Source: Micavibrio aeruginosavorus (GTDB taxonomy: Bacteria > Pseudomonadota > Alphaproteobacteria > Micavibrionales > Micavibrionaceae). Taken from it: 64,000 nt of DNA. Below, piece by piece: positions 18,716 through 27,385 of this stretch. Both the position numbers and the translations under genes were made by a program. The stretch is taken from NCBI GenBank assembly GCA_003241285.1, contig QFOT01000001.1, positions 4,645-68,644 on the forward strand. The letters run 5' to 3'. How positions within the stretch are numbered: position 1 is the stretch's first letter; every line of letters starts with the position of its first letter. The notes beneath the pieces are model-generated. The model saw nothing but the letters and a program-made list of their open reading frames with translations. It did no database searches and was not told the origin of the DNA.

Positions 18716-19642
18716 ATGGATTTCAAGAAAGTAACTATGCAGGGATTTAAAATTATTGGTCATCGCGGTTGGGGCCCGACTGATAACGGCCATGCGGATA
18801 TTTCTTATCCCGAAAACACTTTGCTGGCTTTTGATCATGCTGTGTCGGAAGGTGCCGATGGCATTGAATTCGACATTCTTCTTTCAAAAGATAAAATACC
18901 CGTCGTTATTCACGACAGGCATTTATATCGTCATGTAATTCCTGAAGAAATAAATATTGTCGCGGGTAGATTTGTAGCCGACTTTACTTTTGATGAATTA
19001 AAAAAATTCCACTTGGGCCAGGGACAGTCAATTCCATCTTTGGAAGAGCTTATGGACTTTATCCAAGCTAAGTATCCCGAAGCCCTTCTGAATATGGATG
19101 TTAAAGACCCTGAGCTTGTTTCTCCTTTAAGCAAAATAATTGCAGACAGGCCGAGGGAAAATATTATCATTTCTTCTTATGACTGGGATTTGCTTCGCCA
19201 GTTTCGGCATCACGATAATGATTTGAAACTTGTTCCCGCGATTAAATCTGCCTTGCTGTTTGGCGCTGATAATATCGAGCCTCATAATTTCATGCCCCTG
19301 ACAGATAAATATCTTCCTGAAGCAAAAGAAGATATTTTTGCCATCCAGCGTGAGCTAGGCGCTATTGCACTTGACTGCGCTGTTACGGATTTAAAGATGC
19401 CGCTCATTGAATGGGCTGCTGAATGTAATGTGGGTTTGCAGGTATCTACATCAAATGACCGTGTCGGTGCCAATGAAACCAATTATGAACTGCTCAGAAT
19501 GCTTCACGGTGCCGCGCAGGAAAAATTGCCTTTTGTCATTTGCAAGGTTGATGAACCGGGTCCGGTTAAATCTAATCTAGCTCGTTATTTGGAAAGCAGC
19601 GGTAACACTCGTAATCCCGTCAGGGCTTTCAATTTCTATTAA
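18716..19642 (+). CDS. glycerophosphodiester phosphodiesterase (GDPD) family protein, divergent paralog
   Basis: IIGHRGWGP...ENTLLAFDHAVSEGADGIEFDILLSKDKIPVVIHDRHL. The start may instead be MQGFK at 18737. AT-richer than its neighbours. Confidence 0.8.
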   Translation: MDFKKVTMQGFKIIGHRGWGPTDNGHADISYPENTLLAFDHAVSEGADGIEFDILLSKDKIPVVIHDRHLYRHVIPEEINIVAGRFVADFTFDELKKFHLGQGQSIPSLEELMDFIQAKYPEALLNMDVKDPELVSPLSKIIADRPRENIIISSYDWDLLRQFRHHDNDLKLVPAIKSALLFGADNIEPHNFMPLTDKYLPEAKEDIFAIQRELGAIALDCAVTDLKMPLIEWAAECNVGLQVSTSNDRVGANETNYELLRMLHGAAQEKLPFVICKVDEPGPVKSNLARYLESSGNTRNPVRAFNFY

Positions 19643-20347
19643 TCAAAGCCCTTGATAAATTTCTTCAATCGCCGCAGCAGGGTCCGGCGCTTCGGTAATC
19701 GGCCTGCCGATGACGAGATGCGTCGCCCCGAGATCCACCGCCTCTTTCGGTGTCATCATGCGCTTTTGATCATTCGCTGCCGCGCCTTCCGGGCGGATAC
19801 CCGGCGTGATCAATACGAACTGGCAGCCGATTTCCTCGCGCAAAGTTCTGATCTCATGAGAGGAACAGACAACACCCGCCATACCGGCTTCCTTGGCAAG
19901 TTTCGCCAGACGTAAAACCTGTTTTTCGATCGGCGTGTCTTGCCCGACGAGTTTCAATCCCTCTTCATCGAAGCTGGTCAGCACAGTTACCGCGATCACC
20001 TTCGCAGGCCGCAAGCCCAGTTTCTCCGCTTCATCATTAGCCGCCTCTGCCGCCGCTTTCATCATCTCGTATCCGCCGCCCGCATGGACATTGAGATAAT
20101 CCGGCTGGAGTTTCGCCAGCGCCCGCACGGATTTTGCCACCGTGTTCGGAATATCATGCAGTTTTAAATCGAGAAAAAACGGCAGATCAGGAAACGCATC
20201 GCGTATTTTGGTGACGCCTTGCGGTCCGTGCGTATTGAAAAATTCGAGGCCCAGCTTTACGCCCGCTTTGGTCGCGGCGATGATTTCGCAAAGCTTTTCC
20301 GCACGTGAAATATCCTGCGTATCGATGGCGCAGAAAATTCTCGGCAT
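19643..20347 (-). CDS. pyrF: orotidine 5'-phosphate decarboxylase
   Basis: 234 aa with the FLDLKLHDIPNT motif. Its start overlaps the stop of the upstream gene by 1 nt (TAATG). Confidence 0.95.
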   Translation of the reverse strand: MPRIFCAIDTQDISRAEKLCEIIAATKAGVKLGLEFFNTHGPQGVTKIRDAFPDLPFFLDLKLHDIPNTVAKSVRALAKLQPDYLNVHAGGGYEMMKAAAEAANDEAEKLGLRPAKVIAVTVLTSFDEEGLKLVGQDTPIEKQVLRLAKLAKEAGMAGVVCSSHEIRTLREEIGCQFVLITPGIRPEGAAANDQKRMMTPKEAVDLGATHLVIGRPITEAPDPAAAIEEIYQGL

Positions 20348-20745
20348 TACAAAATCTCCGGCACGGCAATGCGCGGTGTTGGCTGGGCTGTATTTGAAAT
20401 TCTTATCGTTTCATTCTTCGCGGCTTGCTTAAGAGCGGCTTGACGTTCGATCTCCATGCGCTGGAAATCGATCTGTTTTTCTAAAATTGCTATTTGCTTC
20501 TTTAAAGCCCGGCGCTCGGCGCGCAGCTCTAGCGTATTGCTCCATAAAATAAGACTGCCCCAGATAAAGCCTATTATACAGGTGACGAAAATAATAAGCG
20601 GCAGGGAGAGGGCCGCTGCTTCATGCAAAGGCGACCACGTCATATCAAGATAAACGCCGCGGTTAGACAGGGTGATAAAAAATAATGCCGCGATAACCGG
20701 AAGGGTAATCAGAACCTTGATAAACAGATTGAGGAATTTCATCAT
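20347..20745 (-). CDS. LapA-like (DUF1049) inner-membrane protein
   Basis: 132 aa with two TM helices followed by a coiled-coil tail. Positioned immediately downstream of ihfB, as is common in alphaproteobacteria. Confidence 0.6.
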   Translation of the reverse strand: MMKFLNLFIKVLITLPVIAALFFITLSNRGVYLDMTWSPLHEAAALSLPLIIFVTCIIGFIWGSLILWSNTLELRAERRALKKQIAILEKQIDFQRMEIERQAALKQAAKNETIRISNTAQPTPRIAVPEIL

Positions 20746-20777
20746 GATGTATCTCCGGTTCCTTGAATCGAAAGAAT

Positions 20778-21062
20778 TTATTCGGAAATATTCAGGCGCT
20801 CGCGAAGACCTTTTCCTGTTTTAAAGAAAGGCAATCTTTTCGCATCGACGGAAACGCTTTCGCCGGTGCGCGGATTACGCCCGGTGCGGGCCTGTCTTTC
20901 TTTCACGGAAAAAGCGCCAAAGCCCCTGAGCTCAACGCGGTCGCCTTTAATCAGTGCGGCGGTCACTTCTTCAAAAATCGTATCGATGATGGTTTCGACA
21001 TCGCGCAGATAGAGGTGCGGATTTTTTTCTGCCAGAATTTGAATAAGCTCTGATCTTGTCAT
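20778..21062 (-). CDS. ihfB: integration host factor beta subunit
   Basis: 94 aa, MTRSELI...[12 protein letters not shown] (HU/IHF arm). Confidence 0.95.
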   Translation of the reverse strand: MTRSELIQILAEKNPHLYLRDVETIIDTIFEEVTAALIKGDRVELRGFGAFSVKERQARTGRNPRTGESVSVDAKRLPFFKTGKGLRERLNISE

Positions 21063-21209
21063 TCAACTAATTCCCGTTTTCCCAAAAGTTTTAAAACATG
21101 GTTTAGAACATGGTTTAGAATGGTCTATCCTGCCCTTATTTTTGACCGCTCGTCAAGTAATGCCCTGATACTATTGGCAATTTTAACTATTTTGTTGATT
21201 ATGTAATCT

Positions 21210-24200
21210 TTATTGGGTGATGATGCCTTCAATGGCTTTTTCATCAAGCTCTTTTAAATCCTCCTCGCTCAAAGGATCGTCGATATTGGGCATAGCGCCT
21301 GCCGGCGCATTCAGCGCGTCTATATTACGCTGTCGCGCGCTGGATCCGGCAGAGGTCTGAACGGAGGCCGCCTGCTCGGTAGCTTTGGCCAGTTCATCAG
21401 TCGCCTCGACTTTCATTTCTTCTGGATCCTCAATGGACGCGTCAAGATCGACATTAAGGGACATGAACTCACGATCCGGCAGGCCGAAGGCGATTTTGTA
21501 ATTGCCGCCTTTGACCGCAGGGAAAATAAAATAGCCATCGGAATCCGTTTCGGTTTTTTCGACTTCTTTACCATCTATGCCGCTGACCAATCTAACCACG
21601 ACACCTTCAAGCCCGCGCTTCAGATGGGTTAGATAGCCCGCAATCTCTGACATTTTTACGAACGGGAAATCAATCACGGGCGTCGATCCCCGGCGCGGGA
21701 TCAAATCACGGTGATCGAATTTCGGCGCGAGATAGATGTCGGGAATGGATTCTGTTTGAACAATGATACGCGCAGGCGCCTCGCCAAGCCCTGTCAGGTA
21801 AGATACGCCTTCTTTATCCGTCGCCGCTTTTTCTGATCTGGTGCTGGATTTAAATTCGACACCTTCAATCGTTTTCTCGCCGTTATCATAAATTTCATTG
21901 TTGTTGTCGTCGATAAAAGCTCTTGCCCCTAATGACGCCAGACCGCCCGTTCTAGGGTCGACAAAATGGTAGTTATTCTTTTGATCCGGTTGCAATGCCA
22001 CTCTCAGACCTACCGTGAAGGCATAGTTGTTTTCGGTGTCGGCGTTGACATCGAAATCGAGGCCGTATTTATCAAAATCCCGACTTAGCCGCAGATTAAG
22101 ATTTTTTGTTTTGCTTTCAAAATCATGACTGCCTTCAAATCTGAAACTCGTCCGCGATGAAAGGCTTTTCTGGCCGCTAAAACTCAAACGCCTGTACTTT
22201 GACGGCGCATCTTCGTCGAGATCATACAACAAGGCGCTCCTCAATCGTATATTATAGAGGCTTGCCAGAGCTGATAACTCGCCTTCAAAATCATCTATGC
22301 TCTTACTTTTTGAAAAGGTTCGAACAAGGTCGTTGTTTATGCTAATGCCCAGAAATTTAAAGGAGGTGATCTGCTCAAAAATTCTGTCGTCTTCGCGATT
22401 TAGAAAATCCCTGTCCTCGACACGGAATGTGAGGTTGAGCCCGCCAAAATTTCTGCTTAGATTGACCTCGTTCCGGCTCTTTATGTCCTGATCTTCGGAA
22501 AGGAAATTCCGGTACGTGGTATGCGAAGCACCAAGATTGAATCCGAAAGGCTTCGTCGCTGCCGCCAGTTCATAGGCGCGACGACCGCTATCGGCGGCCA
22601 GGGCCTGGCCCTGCAGGTTGATGCCGCTGAATGACGTCGCTGCTGAAACGGCAGCGCCGCTCGCGCGAACCGAGTCCCGGTCATCGAAATTACTTCCGCT
22701 TTCAAATGAAGTGCTGGTAAAATTGCCGACATCGTTATTTATAGCATCCTGCGGGCCTGAATAAACGCTCGTGCCAAGAGTGAAGAATTTGCTGACGCCG
22801 TAGAAAATCTGCCCGCTCATGCCCGGCGTTCGGTTGCTCTGTGCATCTTCATCGAATGGCAGAAAATCTGATTCAGGCGTACCGGCAGCGAAATCATATT
22901 GGATTTCGCCGTCGCGCAGGAGTCTGGGGCCTCTTGCAATTTCACGCTTTATGCTGGTTTTCTGTCCTTGTGGTCCATAAAGTATAACTTCAAAATTATT
23001 AAATCCGGACGGAAGATTAACGTTTTCGAACACGAACCGGCCATCTGACCCGACCTGCTGGAAAGCGATAAAGGAACCGTTACGGTACAGTTCAGCATCC
23101 CATCCGACTGGCGCGTCGCCATCGAGGATAAAATTCTCGGAATTGGTTGCGTATCTTGAACCAAGCCTTGAATCTGAAGAAATTTCAATCCCCGCGCCCC
23201 GCTGTCCGCCTGCAAACAGGGGCACGCTTGGAAAAGACACGTCGCCGAATGAAATTCTTCCGGCTCGCAATGGACCCAAAAGATTATTCTGGTTGTCCCG
23301 CCGTTGGAATGTAAGGCGGGAATTTGAAATCTCGGAAGTTCCCCGGCTGTTATAGCGAGTGCCGATGGCATAGTCGGCCTCGAATTTTGCAATGTCCTGA
23401 TTTCCCTGCAATGTCGCAAGACCGAGAAAACTTTGACCGGAGCTGCTTTTTTGTATCCCGCCTGTGGTCGTGATATAGAGCGACGGATAAGAAAAATTTC
23501 TGTACGGGGCTAAAACGGCATTTTGGGGTTTTATTGCATCATAGCGAAAAGTCTTCATTCTCTTTTCGGCGTTTAGCAGACGTTTCATTCTTTCCTGGAA
23601 AGGCAAGTCGCTTCCGGTGTCGAGATCTAAAACCAGCGAGTTTATGTTGAGGGTCGCGGAAATGCCAAACCACTTTTTAAGCGATGACGCCCTGACAAAA
23701 ATATCATCTTCGATAATTTCAGCCTCACCGGCCTCAAGTTTCTCTTTCTTGCCATCGACAAGAACATCTCCGGAATTGAGATCAAGCTGAAACACATTGT
23801 CAGATGAAATAAAGAATCCTTCCGCCTTCTTGTCGCCTGTATTTACGGTAATAGCAAAAGTCAGTAATTCCGCCATCGAGCGAAGCGGAACCATAACGTC
23901 GCTGTAGCTCGCCCCGGCCGGCAAGAAGATGCTAAGACCCTCTTCTCTGATCATCCCATTGATATTGACGGCCACGAGTATTTCATCATTGCCGGAAAGC
24001 TCTATCTTATTTTCTGTTTCAGTATCGTTGATGACATTGGCGGGCGGAGAATCCTGGTTTAATTGTTGTGCCCCTTCCTCTTGCAACTGAATTTCAGGCG
24101 CAGGCATTCCTTCAGCGGCCTGCGCAAAAGCGCCGCTGTTCACGGTTAGGCAAAGACTCAAAACAATCGCCTTACATAAAGCGATTGATAGCGTTTTCAC
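21210..24200 (-). CDS. fimbrial usher-like outer-membrane protein with a C-terminal extension
   Basis: 996 aa, signal peptide ends AFA/QA. Usher-like barrel/plug stretch: GRISFGDVSFPSVPLFAGGQRGAGIEISSD...DAELYRNGSFIAFQQVGSDGRFVFENVNLPSGFNNFEVILYGPQGQ. C-terminal carboxypeptidase-regulatory-like segment DSDGYFIFPAVKGGNYKIAF followed by an acidic tail. Confidence 0.7.
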   Translation of the reverse strand: MKTLSIALCKAIVLSLCLTVNSGAFAQAAEGMPAPEIQLQEEGAQQLNQDSPPANVINDTETENKIELSGNDEILVAVNINGMIREEGLSIFLPAGASYSDVMVPLRSMAELLTFAITVNTGDKKAEGFFISSDNVFQLDLNSGDVLVDGKKEKLEAGEAEIIEDDIFVRASSLKKWFGISATLNINSLVLDLDTGSDLPFQERMKRLLNAEKRMKTFRYDAIKPQNAVLAPYRNFSYPSLYITTTGGIQKSSSGQSFLGLATLQGNQDIAKFEADYAIGTRYNSRGTSEISNSRLTFQRRDNQNNLLGPLRAGRISFGDVSFPSVPLFAGGQRGAGIEISSDSRLGSRYATNSENFILDGDAPVGWDAELYRNGSFIAFQQVGSDGRFVFENVNLPSGFNNFEVILYGPQGQKTSIKREIARGPRLLRDGEIQYDFAAGTPESDFLPFDEDAQSNRTPGMSGQIFYGVSKFFTLGTSVYSGPQDAINNDVGNFTSTSFESGSNFDDRDSVRASGAAVSAATSFSGINLQGQALAADSGRRAYELAAATKPFGFNLGASHTTYRNFLSEDQDIKSRNEVNLSRNFGGLNLTFRVEDRDFLNREDDRIFEQITSFKFLGISINNDLVRTFSKSKSIDDFEGELSALASLYNIRLRSALLYDLDEDAPSKYRRLSFSGQKSLSSRTSFRFEGSHDFESKTKNLNLRLSRDFDKYGLDFDVNADTENNYAFTVGLRVALQPDQKNNYHFVDPRTGGLASLGARAFIDDNNNEIYDNGEKTIEGVEFKSSTRSEKAATDKEGVSYLTGLGEAPARIIVQTESIPDIYLAPKFDHRDLIPRRGSTPVIDFPFVKMSEIAGYLTHLKRGLEGVVVRLVSGIDGKEVEKTETDSDGYFIFPAVKGGNYKIAFGLPDREFMSLNVDLDASIEDPEEMKVEATDELAKATEQAASVQTSAGSSARQRNIDALNAPAGAMPNIDDPLSEEDLKELDEKAIEGIITQ

Positions 24201-24265
24201 TTACATACAGTCTCCAAAAAGACGTGTTAAACGGAAATCCCGGGCAGGGATCTTCGGCTCCTTGG

Positions 24266-25099
24266 TTAAGGAATTGAGAGTGACGTTTCCTGAACGAGAT
24301 CGGGTTTTGATTTTTCTCCGGTCAGTAAACGCAATTGTATTTTTCCGCCCTGAATCCCCTCAGGCAGTTTAAAGTCGAACTTATAATCCCGCTTGTCGAT
24401 TTCCCGGTATATATAGGCTGTGCGGCGTTTGCCGATTTGCTTAGAGTCATATAAGACGTCAAAGAAGGCTACGCCCTGCCCGTTTCCGGAGCGGGTCAGC
24501 TGCATCGACACCGTATATGTTCCCGGCTGCGCGCCGGGCTTCACCGATTTCGAAATTTTAGGATCGATCCAGTTTACCGATGTTTCCACTTTTCCTTTGC
24601 TAAGGGTGACGGGCATCATGACCGAATACGCTAATGGTACGCTGGTCACAGCCTGACCACTTGCGACCGCCAAACCTTCCACTTCTGGCTTGCTTTGCTT
24701 AGTGCTGTCTTCAAGAAAATAGACATGCGAATGATACTGGCCGTCTGGCGTATCGGCTGGCATTTTGGCCATTATCCGGACAGATTGTTTTTGCCCTGCC
24801 GGGATTGTGAATTGACGTGGGAAAAAGCGAAGCATTTTCTTTGCCGAATAGTCAAAATTATCAACGGTCTGCGTTACACCCTTCTCCAGCATAATAATAT
24901 CCTTCACGCCGACAGTGTACGTCCGGTCCAAATTGGACATGTTGGTGACGTTCATAACCGCCACTTTGCTTTTTTCGCTAAGATTGACGCGCGTGGGGCT
25001 GACAAAGAGTATTTCCGACGCAAAAGCAGGAATAGCATAAAGTGCAGTCAGAATAATTTGCACCGCGAGGAGCGTTAGAAAATTTCTGTTTTTTTTCAT
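24266..25099 (-). CDS. PapD-like periplasmic fimbrial chaperone
   Basis: 277 aa, signal peptide ends AFA/SE. The N-terminal strands ILFVSPTRVNLSEKSKVAVMNVTN resemble the chaperone F1/G1 region with its conserved Arg. Sits between the subunit and usher genes. Confidence 0.65.
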   Translation of the reverse strand: MKKNRNFLTLLAVQIILTALYAIPAFASEILFVSPTRVNLSEKSKVAVMNVTNMSNLDRTYTVGVKDIIMLEKGVTQTVDNFDYSAKKMLRFFPRQFTIPAGQKQSVRIMAKMPADTPDGQYHSHVYFLEDSTKQSKPEVEGLAVASGQAVTSVPLAYSVMMPVTLSKGKVETSVNWIDPKISKSVKPGAQPGTYTVSMQLTRSGNGQGVAFFDVLYDSKQIGKRRTAYIYREIDKRDYKFDFKLPEGIQGGKIQLRLLTGEKSKPDLVQETSLSIP

Positions 25100-25115
25100 T
25101 GTCCAACCTTTTCCA

Positions 25116-25676
25116 TTATTGAAAAACTGCGCTAAGGGTTAAAGAAGCACCGCCGCCATTTGAGCTTGTGAAAGAGCTCTCGCCGCTTAAGGCGCCGGAA
25201 GAAATATTGAGCTTTCCACCAAAAAAGAGTTTCGGATTCGGCGAATTATCAAGATCAATGACAAGAGCATCAGGCGCGCCGCCGCCGGCTCCTTCGCATT
25301 CATCAGCGCTGCCAGGAGGCAATCCTGTATCTACCGCCACTTCGATATCGCTGATGGGAATAGGGGATCCGCTGCTGCTGGCCAACGCACCGGTATCGTC
25401 GCATCTGATTTCAACAATGCCGGTTGAGCCCGTGATCGAAATCTGGGCCGGGACCGCGCCACCTTGATAATATAGCCCGCTTCCGGTGAGATTAACGGCT
25501 CCGTTGGTTCCAAGTGTTAATTCGCCGCTGTGAAAAGATGAATATTCTATCAATCCGAAATTCATGTTGCTGTCGAGCGCCATTTGCACCGTCTGGGCAA
25601 ATGCCGGGGAGATCAACGAAAGCAAAAGAATTAATCCCGGCGATTTACAGAACGCGCCTTTGATTCGGGCATACAT
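25116..25676 (-). CDS. DUF4402-like secreted fimbrial subunit (second/minor)
   Basis: 186 aa, signal peptide ends AFA/QT. Contains MNFGLIEYSSFHSGELTLGTNGAV, one Cys pair and a C-terminal strand LTLSAVFQ. Confidence 0.6.
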   Translation of the reverse strand: MYARIKGAFCKSPGLILLLSLISPAFAQTVQMALDSNMNFGLIEYSSFHSGELTLGTNGAVNLTGSGLYYQGGAVPAQISITGSTGIVEIRCDDTGALASSSGSPIPISDIEVAVDTGLPPGSADECEGAGGGAPDALVIDLDNSPNPKLFFGGKLNISSGALSGESSFTSSNGGGASLTLSAVFQ

Positions 25677-25747
25677 ACCTCTAGATATATTGAAATTTGC
25701 CTTTAAAATATATGCTTAACGAAACTAGGGCAGGTTTAATACATTAA

Positions 25748-25756
25748 TTATCCACA
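25748..25756 (+). promoter_or_regulatory. perfect DnaA-box 9-mer (TTATCCACA)
   Basis: Exact 9-mer in the gap between the two subunit genes, next to the hairpin. The match may be fortuitous. Confidence 0.2.
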
Positions 25757-25760
25757 TATA

Positions 25761-25789
25761 AAAACCGCCGCTTTGGAAGCGGCGGTTTT
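25761..25789 (-). terminator. hairpin/attenuator after the first subunit gene
   Basis: On the minus strand: gaaaaccgccgc-ttccaaa-gcggcggttttt followed by T/A. Lies 17 nt downstream of the stop of 25806..26399. Confidence 0.65.
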
Positions 25790-25805
25790 CATGAATTCTT
25801 CGGGA

Positions 25806-26399
25806 TTATTGGTAAGTAACAGCCAGAGTGATCGTCGTACCGCCTGTACCTGTTGCGTAAACGCCATCGGTATCGAGCGGCGAAGCCGTCAGGTCAAGAG
25901 AGGCGCCGACAAGAATCGTATCATCTGTTGCCAGGTCCATTGTTTCGGATGTGGTTGTAGAGTCGACACAAGCATTCGCTGCTCCCGTGGCAACGCCAAT
26001 CGTATTGTCTGCCCCGGCAATAACTTCAATACCAACTATATTGAGCGTGTTACCGGCACCGTCGCCCATAGTTGCCGTGGCGTCACAGGCGATATCCACA
26101 TCGGAAGCGCCATCACCGGCAACGGTAATTTCACCGGCTCCTGGAGCCAGAGGTGTTGTATCAAAGGTTACCCCCGTACCTCCGGCAACAGCGTCGTTCG
26201 TTGCAAGTGTAACGGTACCGGAGTTAGCGGCCAGGTAATCGATTGTGCCGAAGCTCATGATAGCGGCTTCTGTAAGCTCAATCGCCGCACGGCCTTGAGC
26301 TGTTGCGTTAATTTCTAATTCTGTTGCTTTGGCGGAGTTTACTCCCCCTAACGCGACGGTTAAAGCAGTGGCAAGCAGCAATTTCTTTGCGGTTCTCAT
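25806..26399 (-). CDS. DUF4402-like secreted fimbrial subunit (first/major)
   Basis: 197 aa, signal peptide ends AKA/TE. Contains MSFGTIDYLAANSGTVTLATNDAV and is Thr/Gly/Ala/Asp-rich, with one Cys pair and a C-terminal strand ITLAVTYQ. SD aaaggga lies upstream. Confidence 0.65.
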   Translation of the reverse strand: MRTAKKLLLATALTVALGGVNSAKATELEINATAQGRAAIELTEAAIMSFGTIDYLAANSGTVTLATNDAVAGGTGVTFDTTPLAPGAGEITVAGDGASDVDIACDATATMGDGAGNTLNIVGIEVIAGADNTIGVATGAANACVDSTTTSETMDLATDDTILVGASLDLTASPLDTDGVYATGTGGTTITLAVTYQ

Positions 26400-26722
26400 A
26401 ATAAATCCCTTTCTGAGGATGTGTGTTGCTAAAATAATATTACCTGTTCGTCGTTAAGTTCGATTTAAATAAAGATAAAATTCGATCTTTATTCAGACCT
26501 TCCTCGTCTATACTTAACAAAAAGTTCCTAATGAAAGCTTAAATGCACAGGCCGTGCCAGATCACGCCGATAAGCTCAAAACAGCTGAAAATAAATGATA
26601 AATTGATTGTGGATCATTTTTAGGGAAATTAGTTTACTTCTATCTCATGCAGAATTTGGTGAGATCGGCATATTTTCTTACCCGGTAAATTTTTCCAGCG
26701 CGGCAATAAATACCTTTAAATT

Positions 26723-27334
26723 TTACTGGCCGAGCGTATCGTCCACCACCGGAATATCCTCGATCAGGAGCGTTTCCTCCAGAATCTTGACCTGGCCGCC
26801 GGGCGCGATATCGACAATCGACTTAAACAGGGAATCCTTGAACATCATATGGATGCCAAGGCGGTAGACCCCGTTCTCCGTGCTTTCCAGCTGTATCGGC
26901 GCCACCATTTTGCCGATCGCTTTGCGGGCGGCGGGCGGCGGCTCTTCCCGCCACTGGATATCGTCGACACTTTCGATAATGATAAATCGTCCATGGCGCC
27001 CCCGGACGAAGGAAAAGAAAAACCGCGCGTAATCGATCACGGTTTTTTCGTTCAGCGCTACAGGGGCATTTTCGTTCAGGCCATAAATCGGCGCGTTGGT
27101 AAAATCTAGGATGGTCGCCTGATCACCCAGCATGACGACGAAGCGGCGGGCGGGCGGCATATTCTTATGGTCAGCTATATCGAAAAACTTTGAATTTTTA
27201 TAAAAAGGAAGCTCGCGCGCCATAATGACCGTAGAAGCCGGGTCGAACTGGCTGCCGTCAAAATCGCTTTTCAGCTTTTCGACGAGATCTTTGGTTTGCG
27301 CTTTGTCGAGTTTGACATAGGAGTCTTGGAACAT
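26723..27334 (-). CDS. conserved hypothetical protein, paralog of 6299..6919
   Basis: 203 aa with the shared core described at 6299. Lies 51 nt downstream of the TPR/FkbM gene and upstream of the fimbrial operon, on the same strand. Confidence 0.7.
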   Translation of the reverse strand: MFQDSYVKLDKAQTKDLVEKLKSDFDGSQFDPASTVIMARELPFYKNSKFFDIADHKNMPPARRFVVMLGDQATILDFTNAPIYGLNENAPVALNEKTVIDYARFFFSFVRGRHGRFIIIESVDDIQWREEPPPAARKAIGKMVAPIQLESTENGVYRLGIHMMFKDSLFKSIVDIAPGGQVKILEETLLIEDIPVVDDTLGQ

Positions 27335-27385
27335 GAGGAGCCCTTAATTTTTACTTATATATATAGTGTAATTCTTAAAAGCTTC

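Noticed and set aside
21098-21122. Short tandem duplication acatggtttaga-acatggtttaga between ihfB and the usher gene.
   Set aside because: There are only two 12-nt units and no further structure or coding potential. It is most simply a small slippage duplication in a 3' intergenic region.
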